Source: Vulcanisaeta distributa DSM 14429 (GTDB taxonomy: Archaea; Thermoproteota; Thermoprotei; Thermoproteales; Thermocladiaceae). From it: DNA of 32,000 nucleotides. Within the stretch, counting starts at the first letter, position 1; the number at the start of each line of letters is the position of its first letter. Position numbers and translations under genes: made by a program. Of the stretch, positions 25,938 through 32,000 are shown one piece after another. The DNA lies in NCBI RefSeq assembly GCF_000148385.1, contig NC_014537.1:1680001-1712000 (forward strand), written 5' to 3'. The notes below the pieces were generated by a model. It was not told the origin of the DNA. It saw nothing but the letters and a program-made list of their open reading frames with translations, and did not search any database.

Positions 25938-26387
25938 TTATATCGAACCTATTATACTCCTTATCTTCTCAATCTTCCTCTCCAACTCACCGCATTTCTC
26001 ATCAATGATCCTACTCACCTCATCCTCGGTGTATAATCTTTCAATCTTTAAATCAGAGAAATTAAGCTTATTTGCTTTTTGATCGTATGAAACCACGACA
26101 CTTATCCTCACAAGGGCCAACTTATCAATGTTCCTCTTAATCATCTCGTCATACACGGTCTTATTCAACTCCGCTATATCCCTAAGTATAACGTCCTCGG
26201 GGACCATCTTTGAAAAAGCCGCGAATGCGGCACGCCTTAGCTTATCTGCGAACCTAGCCGCTATTATGATGCCCGTCCTTAACTCGACGGTTAATGGTCC
26301 ATGGAATGTGAATCCGCTGTATAGTTTTTCATATTCCGCTGCTCGTTCCTTATCTCGTTCTACATCCTCACTTGGTTTCCAAGACAT
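25938..26387 (-). CDS. conserved-looking hypothetical protein with a C-terminal coiled-coil (possibly an archaeal DUF family; not confidently recognised)
   Basis: 149-aa ORF with protein-like composition. The antisense ORF 26128-26475 is Ser-rich and implausible. Confidence 0.5.
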   Translation of the reverse strand: MSWKPSEDVERDKERAAEYEKLYSGFTFHGPLTVELRTGIIIAARFADKLRRAAFAAFSKMVPEDVILRDIAELNKTVYDEMIKRNIDKLALVRISVVVSYDQKANKLNFSDLKIERLYTEDEVSRIIDEKCGELERKIEKIRSIIGSI

Positions 26388-26481
26388 ATTACACTCTTTA
26401 ATTGGGCTTCATTTAAAACTTATTTTCCAATGCCGGGTTAAACACTTAAGTAGGGGGTGCACTCTATTATTTTGATCTGAA

Positions 26482-26775
26482 TTGGGTGGATTACGTAGGG
26501 TTGTGCTTGATGTTGATATACCAAGTAGTGTCTCTACTGTGGAACTCGCGGATAGGCTTGGCAGGGTTAGCGGTGTTAAGGCTGTTAATGTCACCGTGAC
26601 CGACACGGACGTTGAGGTTCTAGGTCTGGTCATTGTTATTGAGGGTGATAACATAAACTATGATGACGTGAAGAGGGTTATCGAGGACTTGGGTGGTGCG
26701 ATTAGGAGTATTGACCAGGTAATTGTTGGCGAGTACATACTTGAGCTTAATCCTCAGTTGCTTAAGGAGAGGTGA
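26482..26775 (+). CDS. DUF211-family archaeal protein
   Basis: LRRVVLDVDIPSSVSTVELADRL, then GVKAVNVTV, then IEGDNINYDDVKRVIEDLGGAIRSIDQV follows the DUF211 pattern. The start codon is TTG, and no in-frame ATG lies nearby. Confidence 0.65.
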   Translation: MGGLRRVVLDVDIPSSVSTVELADRLGRVSGVKAVNVTVTDTDVEVLGLVIVIEGDNINYDDVKRVIEDLGGAIRSIDQVIVGEYILELNPQLLKER

Positions 26776-27254
26776 GTATGGTAAGTATTAACGGTAGGTA
26801 CTTAGTGCTTGGCTTCCTAGATAGCGTTTTGACCACGCTCGTATTAGGTGAGACCATGCGAAGTACTGTTAAATTAGTGATTATAGTTACGACAATAAAC
26901 CTAATAACGGCGTTCATGGCCGAGTATATCGAGGAGAGAAGCTCATTAAGCCATATCGAGAGAGCGTTATTGATGAGGAGAGGTTCGCTATTAAGGACGA
27001 GCTTACATAGGAGGGCCATATACGATGCATTAATTAAGGGCTTGGTATTTGGCGCCGTGTCGCTGTTGGGTGCTTCGGTTACGAATTATACGATGTACTT
27101 GGTTAGGGTGTTTTGGATACCCGTGATTCCAGTGGTAATTCTCGGAATCTTTGGCACATTGATGAGCAGGTACTTTAGGGGTAATGCCGTGTTATGGCTC
27201 ATATTATATGTAATACTTGGCATTATAATGTCATTTATAGGAACCATTGTTTAA
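26772..27254 (+). CDS. small membrane protein (tentatively VIT1/CCC1-like), coupled to the DUF211 gene
   Basis: The GTGA start/stop overlap with the DUF211 gene suggests coupling (an alternative ATG lies at 26778, preceded by GGAGAGG). The protein has an N-terminal LGFLDSVLTTL helix, an amphipathic middle and 2-3 C-terminal TM helices. Confidence 0.45.
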   Translation: MSMVSINGRYLVLGFLDSVLTTLVLGETMRSTVKLVIIVTTINLITAFMAEYIEERSSLSHIERALLMRRGSLLRTSLHRRAIYDALIKGLVFGAVSLLGASVTNYTMYLVRVFWIPVIPVVILGIFGTLMSRYFRGNAVLWLILYVILGIIMSFIGTIV

Positions 27255-27265
27255 TAATCATTAAT

Positions 27266-27685
27266 TCATGATGATAAATTGACAGGTTTGCCCTCCTTTA
27301 ATATCTTATTTCCAAGCTCCGGACTTACCTTGACCAATTGATCCTTAACCCTATCCAGGAAGGCCTTATCCTCCTCCTTATTCCTGAGTTCATCGGGTAG
27401 CAATATCGGTATCTCATCCTTAATTGGATACCAACGACCACATTTAGGGCAGTATAATATGCCATCAACAACCTCCTTCTTAATGCATTCATCGCACGGT
27501 AATTCCTGTGGATTCGGGTAATTCTTTATGAAGACATTCTTAAGGGCACAGTATTCTTCACAGAATGGCCTTTTGTTCCATTCATACTTTCGTTCAGGAT
27601 ACTCCCTCTCTTTAAGCACTATTAATGTCAGTGGGAATGTTTTGTCGTACGGACATGCCAATACATCCATTAATCTGTACTTCAC
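27266..27685 (-). CDS. Trm112-like zinc-ribbon protein with an inserted Cys-rich segment
   Basis: The N-terminal MDVLACP and C-terminal LYCPKCGRWYPIKDEIPILLPDE are the split Trm112/DUF343 signature. The insertion carries CEEYC and CDEC pairs. The start codon is GTG. Confidence 0.6.
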   Translation of the reverse strand: MKYRLMDVLACPYDKTFPLTLIVLKEREYPERKYEWNKRPFCEEYCALKNVFIKNYPNPQELPCDECIKKEVVDGILYCPKCGRWYPIKDEIPILLPDELRNKEEDKAFLDRVKDQLVKVSPELGNKILKEGKPVNLSS

Positions 27686-27742
27686 GAGAAAGCCCTGCTA
27701 ATACCCTCTTAATTACTTTTACCTTTAATGGATTTGAACACC

Positions 27743-29503
27743 TTAGTACTTCCTCTCCTCAGGCTTCCATCTCGTTATGCGGACAGGTACGTAACTAAGC
27801 CTCGGCCCATCAGGCGTGTAGAAGTATAGTGTATGCTTCAACCAATTAACATCATCCCTCTTTGGATAATCAAGCCTATAATGGGCGCCCCTCGACTCGG
27901 TCCTTGTTAATGCACCAACAATTATTAATTCCGCCTGTTCAAGCAGGAAGTCCAGCTCAAGCACATCCTTAAGGTTTGTATTGTAGTACCTACCCTTATC
28001 CTCAATCCTAACATTCAGGAACCTCTCCCTCAACCTCTTTATTGTTGAATAAGCCTCCTCAAGCCCATTCTTGTCCCTAAACACATAGACGTAGGTGTCC
28101 ATTGTCCTATTCATCTCCTCTCTAATGGAGTACGGATTTTCAGCGCCAACCTCCTTATGGAGTAACTTATCAAAGATCCTGCTTTCCTCATTGGCCGCCT
28201 TAGTTGCTATATCACCTGTATACTCAAGCATTGAGTCTGGAGCTGACATCGCGTATTTAGCGGCAGCAGCACCGGTCAACCTACCCCACACGAGACATTC
28301 ACTTAATGAGTTGCTACCTAGCCTATTGGCTCCGTGAACACTAACGTTAGCTGCTTCACCGGCGGCCCATAAATTCGGCACTCTGGTTTTGTCCTCATCA
28401 AGCATTACTTGGCCGTATAAATCAACGTGTATGCCACCCATCATGTAATGCATTGCTGGCCTAACGGGTATTGGCTCATCAACTGGGTCAATACCTAAAG
28501 TCTTAATCGCTATTTCCCTAATCATCGGTAATCTCTTATTTATCCTCTCCTCACCAAGATGCCTCAGGTCTAATAATACGTAGCAGAGACCAGACTCCTC
28601 GTCCACGAAGCCTCTGCCCTCCATGCACTCCGTAATTATCGACCTACTGACTATGTCCCTGGGAGCCAGCTCCATTCTACTCGGCGCGTATCTCTTCATG
28701 AACCTCTCACCCTCCTTATTAATTAAGTAACCACCCTCACCCCTTGCACCCTCTGTTATTAAAATGCCATTGGGAACCAAGGCTGTTGGGTGGAATTGTG
28801 GAAACTCCATGTCCTTAAGTGGTATTCCAGCCCTATATGCCAATGAGTAACCATCACCCGTTGATGACCAGGCCATTGTCGTGAACTTGTAAACCCTGCC
28901 ATTACCACCAGTCGCAATTATACCCGCTTTGGCAAGTATTACCTTAAACTCACCAGTCCTTAGGTCAATTGCGGTAACTCCCTTGAATACCCCGTGGTCC
29001 ATCAACAACGATGTGACGAAGTGCTCATGAAGGAATTCAACATTATCAAACCTAAGTACATTATCGTATAACGTACTCATTAAGAAGAAGCCACTCTTAT
29101 CCTGAGCGAATGTCGTCCTAGGAATAGACATGCCACCAAATGGCCTTTGAAGTATCCTGCCCTTTTCATCTCTGGACCAGGGAACGCCTAGGTGATCCAT
29201 AAATATTATTTCCTTAGGGGCTTCACGCACCAGTAATTCAACGGCATCCTGATCCGCGAGAAAGTCGCTGCCTTTAACGGTATCGTACGCATGTAGATCA
29301 AGGCTATCACCAGTCTCCTTTGGGTATAAAACTGCGCTTGCACCACCCTCAGCACTGACGGAGTGGCTCCTCATTGCATGAACCTTTGATAGGACTGCAA
29401 TCCTAATTTTACCCTGGGAAACCCTGGCTGCCTCAAAGGTGGCTCTTAAACCGGCTAAGCCGGAACCAATAATTATCAAATCGTACTTAAGTACTTCAGT
29501 CAT
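27743..29503 (-). CDS. sdhA: succinate dehydrogenase / fumarate reductase flavoprotein subunit (SdhA/FrdA type)
   Basis: [15 protein letters not shown] dinucleotide fold, [10 protein letters not shown] (covalent-FAD His context), HPT, and the C-terminal [12 protein letters not shown]. Confidence 0.85.
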   Translation of the reverse strand: MTEVLKYDLIIIGSGLAGLRATFEAARVSQGKIRIAVLSKVHAMRSHSVSAEGGASAVLYPKETGDSLDLHAYDTVKGSDFLADQDAVELLVREAPKEIIFMDHLGVPWSRDEKGRILQRPFGGMSIPRTTFAQDKSGFFLMSTLYDNVLRFDNVEFLHEHFVTSLLMDHGVFKGVTAIDLRTGEFKVILAKAGIIATGGNGRVYKFTTMAWSSTGDGYSLAYRAGIPLKDMEFPQFHPTALVPNGILITEGARGEGGYLINKEGERFMKRYAPSRMELAPRDIVSRSIITECMEGRGFVDEESGLCYVLLDLRHLGEERINKRLPMIREIAIKTLGIDPVDEPIPVRPAMHYMMGGIHVDLYGQVMLDEDKTRVPNLWAAGEAANVSVHGANRLGSNSLSECLVWGRLTGAAAAKYAMSAPDSMLEYTGDIATKAANEESRIFDKLLHKEVGAENPYSIREEMNRTMDTYVYVFRDKNGLEEAYSTIKRLRERFLNVRIEDKGRYYNTNLKDVLELDFLLEQAELIIVGALTRTESRGAHYRLDYPKRDDVNWLKHTLYFYTPDGPRLSYVPVRITRWKPEERKY

Positions 29504-29606
29504 ATCTTACTTCGTTTTACATAGGTGGTTTATATTTTCTTCCCTTATCGAAACATCAGGGCTGGGATAAGCATTATTAATACCTTCCTTAGTATGGCTT
29601 ATTTGA

Positions 29607-30602
29607 ATGGCATTTTTGAATGAGGAGGAGTTGGAGAGTAAGATTAAGGAATTGAGTAGTGAAATTCTTAGGATTAGGAATGAAATTGAGAGTAGGGAGA
29701 AGGAGCGGGAGGGCCTTCGTAATGAGTTGAATAAGGTTAGGGAAGAGATAAGTTCAGTGATAAATCAACTCAATAGTAAGAGGGCTGAGTTGAAGGGTGT
29801 TAAGGATGAAATCGCTAAGCTGAGGAAGAGTAGGGATGACATAGTGAGTACGTTAAAGCAACTTAAGGATAAAAGACTTGAACTGCTTAAGAGGATTAAG
29901 GAATTGATAGATAGGGTAAGGAAGTATAGGGAATTGCTGAAAATGGTTAATGACTTAATTGGTGGTAAACCCGTTGATAAGGATAAGTTAAAGGAGTTAA
30001 TAGATAAGCTTGAGTTTGAGCATGAGATATCGCCCACGGATCCTGAGAAGGAGTGGGAATTCTTTAGGACAATACAGCAGTTGGAGAAGGAGTTGAACGC
30101 GGCCGAAGTACTTTCGAGAATTAAGGAATACATAAGTCGTGACTCTCAGGAAATTGAGAAAATGCGTAAGGAAAGGATGGAGTTAGGGCAGCAAATGAGG
30201 GATCTTTATAATAATGTCCTTGCTAATATCAAGTCTCAAATACAGGAATTGAAGAAGAAGAGGGAATCCATTGTTAATGAAATCATTCAATTAAAGAGTA
30301 AGAGGGACTCGCTTAAGGCTCGTCGGGATGAGTTAAAGAAGGCTATATTGAGTAAGTCGGCTGAGATTAAGGATTTAAGGACTCGCTTAAGGGAATTGAA
30401 TGAGGAATTAAACAAGTACCAACTATTACTGGCGGCTGCACGCAAGTCGAAAAGCCTCGCCATAAAGAAGCAGGAGGAGGCAAGGATCAAGGAAGAGTTA
30501 AGGAGAAGGGCTGAGGAAGGCCTTCAGAAGTTGATGAAGGGTGAAAGAGTATCACTGAATGATTTATTAGGTCTGGAGTATGATGAAGAAAATGAGAAGT
30601 GA
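29607..30602 (+). CDS. archaeal coiled-coil protein (COG1340-like), function unknown
   Basis: 331 aa of almost continuous heptad-like Glu/Lys/Leu/Arg-rich sequence. The next gene follows after 3 nt. Confidence 0.6.
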   Translation: MAFLNEEELESKIKELSSEILRIRNEIESREKEREGLRNELNKVREEISSVINQLNSKRAELKGVKDEIAKLRKSRDDIVSTLKQLKDKRLELLKRIKELIDRVRKYRELLKMVNDLIGGKPVDKDKLKELIDKLEFEHEISPTDPEKEWEFFRTIQQLEKELNAAEVLSRIKEYISRDSQEIEKMRKERMELGQQMRDLYNNVLANIKSQIQELKKKRESIVNEIIQLKSKRDSLKARRDELKKAILSKSAEIKDLRTRLRELNEELNKYQLLLAAARKSKSLAIKKQEEARIKEELRRRAEEGLQKLMKGERVSLNDLLGLEYDEENEK

Positions 30603-30605
30603 GCC

Positions 30606-31712
30606 ATGTCTAAGCTCGTAAGAAGACTAATAGTGCTCTATGTCGATAGGGATAATGACGTAGGCGAAAGGCTTGGTGTTCCTACACCAATAATTGGCAG
30701 GAATAATGTGCTTAAGGTGGCTACGGAATACATACTTAGGTACCCAGATGACTCTGATGCAAACGCCATGTTCGGCGCAATACAGCTTTATGATACTTTG
30801 ATCTCCACGTTTGGCTCTGAGAACGTCGAGATAGCCGTGATTACAGGGACAAGTTCGGAGGATGTTACTGCTGACATGAAGATACTTAGTGAGGTTGATA
30901 AGGTACTTCAGGTATTTGATGCAGATGGATTCGTAGTGGTTTCTGATGGACCTTCTGATGAGGTTGTTGTCCCGCTTATTCAATCAAGGAGACCCGTGGT
31001 TTCCGTAAGAAGAATCGTAGTTAAGCAAACGAGGGGCTTTGAAGAATTTGCAGTGCTTGCCAGGTACTACATTGGTAAATTATTTAGTGAACCTAGATAT
31101 AGAAGGTACGCACTTGGTGTACCTGGAGCCTTATTACTCATTTATGGAGCATTTTATAGCGTGTGGCCGTATATACCAGCCATGATTAGGACTATGATTG
31201 TGGCAAGCATTACGATACTGCTGGGTGTTGTATTCATACTTTATGGCTTTAATCTTCATGAGAATATGCTTCGATTTCTTAGGATGTATGAGGCCACGTT
31301 CTTTATATCGGCTCTCTCGATATTTTTCGTAATAATATACTCACTATCTACCTACTATATGCTACATCAGACTATACCACTCTGGGGCGCGTTGAACGTG
31401 TTTGACTTAGTCGGACTTGTGGTCGGTGCAATACTCACGGTTAATGCAATTGAGGTTTACACAAAATTTAGGATTAGACCCTTTGGCAGGGTTGCCGCTG
31501 ATGTGCTTTTAACGGTATTTCTATTACTAGTGGCAAGTGACTTAGCCGGTTATATGTTTGGTAAGGTGAGTACGTATACCCTACTATTTAATTTAATGAT
31601 TTATACTGTGATAGGGTTAATAACGTTGATTGCGCTAGGAATTTTGAGAAATAGGTATGGTAAGATTAAGGGTGGAGGTAAGTCAGGATCTAAAGGCCTT
31701 GGCGTACGGTGA
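30606..31712 (+). CDS. DUF373-family membrane protein (N-terminal soluble domain plus C-terminal multi-TM domain)
   Basis: LIVLYVDRDNDVGERLGVPTPIIGRN, then YPDDSDANAMFGAIQLYD matches the DUF373 N-terminal pattern. It is followed by about 6 hydrophobic helices. Confidence 0.65.
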   Translation: MSKLVRRLIVLYVDRDNDVGERLGVPTPIIGRNNVLKVATEYILRYPDDSDANAMFGAIQLYDTLISTFGSENVEIAVITGTSSEDVTADMKILSEVDKVLQVFDADGFVVVSDGPSDEVVVPLIQSRRPVVSVRRIVVKQTRGFEEFAVLARYYIGKLFSEPRYRRYALGVPGALLLIYGAFYSVWPYIPAMIRTMIVASITILLGVVFILYGFNLHENMLRFLRMYEATFFISALSIFFVIIYSLSTYYMLHQTIPLWGALNVFDLVGLVVGAILTVNAIEVYTKFRIRPFGRVAADVLLTVFLLLVASDLAGYMFGKVSTYTLLFNLMIYTVIGLITLIALGILRNRYGKIKGGGKSGSKGLGVR

Positions 31713-32000
31713 ACTCGAGGCATTAAGCGAATTATCTGGCGGTTCCCTAGATCTTATTGAGGATTCCAGGGAATTAGTGGTTGATTATAGAGGCAACCTT
31801 GAGTCGCTGAGGAAGAGGATATGTAGAGCCGCGTTGATTAAACGTGCCTGGATTGATGATGGAGTCAATAAGGAGCTTTTTGTGGAACTTAATAGGTCAA
31901 GATATAGGGTTTTAAGGAGAGGCAGATGGAGTGATGCCGTTATTATCGATTTACGTATTGCGAGACTCCTCGTTAATTTAGCGAGAACTGAGGAGGGTGA
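31657..32000 (+). CDS. putative RNA (Trm11/UPF0020-like) methyltransferase, N-terminal part; it continues beyond the window
   Basis: This ORF is not in the supplied track because it is open-ended. ATG 31657 gives MVRLRVEVSQDLKALAYGELEALSEL...IDLRIARLLVNLARTEEG with no stop up to nt 32000. The AYGELEAL opening and ARLLVNLA motif resemble Trm11/Trm-G10-type methylases. It overlaps the DUF373 gene by 56 nt, or less if GTG 31672 or TTG 31699 is used. Confidence 0.45.
   Translation, partial: MVRLRVEVSQDLKALAYGELEALSELSGGSLDLIEDSRELVVDYRGNLESLRKRICRAALIKRAWIDDGVNKELFVELNRSRYRVLRRGRWSDAVIIDLRIARLLVNLARTEEG

Noticed and set aside
4935-30983. Many track ORFs lie antisense to or nested in larger genes. 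They are 4935-5210, 5620-5829, 6237-6533, 8748-8939, 9096-9413, 9426-9620, 9717-9911, 12815-13138, 12888-13082, 12904-13146, 13722-13925, 15162-15362, 15604-16158, 15819-16010, 18274-18486, 19253-19480, 19824-20225, 20262-20465, 21223-21489, 21541-21837, 22327-22530, 23448-23696, 23933-24160, 23937-24125, 26128-26475, 26409-26654, 26762-27019, 28095-28337, 29765-30133, 30287-30490 and 30627-30983.
   Set aside because: Each overlaps a longer ORF that has clear family motifs. Their translations are low-complexity (Ser/Thr/Leu/Pro-rich) or lack any motif, as expected for shadow frames.
1-32000. A search for CRISPR arrays, IS elements or terminal inverted repeats, long tandem repeats, rRNA genes, and toxin-antitoxin or known defence cassettes.
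   Set aside because: None could be seen by eye. The only long repeat is the tRNA-Ala module. Internal repetitiveness in 29607-30602 reflects the coiled-coil coding sequence.

Overview
The window looks like a chromosomal segment of a hyperthermophilic crenarchaeon, probably Thermoproteales-like. This is an inference from four observations: an A+T-rich background with G+C-rich RNA genes, a BHB-type tRNA intron, eS26/GPN-GTPase/DUF211/DUF373-type archaeal genes, and short AT-rich promoter-like intergenic regions. I support about 37 protein genes, tightly packed on both strands, and two tRNA-Ala genes. I found no CRISPR array, IS element, integrase or obvious virus or defence cassette. The genes are mostly housekeeping or metabolic: CoA-transferase A/B, Nudix hydrolase, acylphosphatase, a molybdopterin oxidoreductase, FAD oxidoreductase, amidohydrolase, glycerate 2-kinase, SdhA-type flavoprotein, APC and MFS transporters. 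RNA-related genes are unusually frequent: Tpt1/KptA, a Clp1-type polynucleotide kinase, a translin-family protein, Trm112-like and Trm11-like proteins, and eS26. Six items deserve a second look. (1) A tRNA-Ala gene is duplicated together with its promoter and trailer, and the copies differ only in the anticodon loop and a 15-nt intron. (2) RNA end-modifying enzymes sit next to both tRNA-Ala copies. (3) An unannotated hairpin-rich island of about 64% G+C lies at 24.88-25.01 kb and is a candidate structured ncRNA. (4) A multi-TM Hanks kinase converges on an FHA protein. (5) A Tyr/Asn/Gly-rich secreted protein follows about 0.5 kb of unexplained non-coding DNA. (6) A MoaD/ThiS-like gene lacks the C-terminal Gly-Gly. 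I cannot show from sequence alone that any of these is a new system. All functional calls rest on motif recognition by eye, not on database searches.
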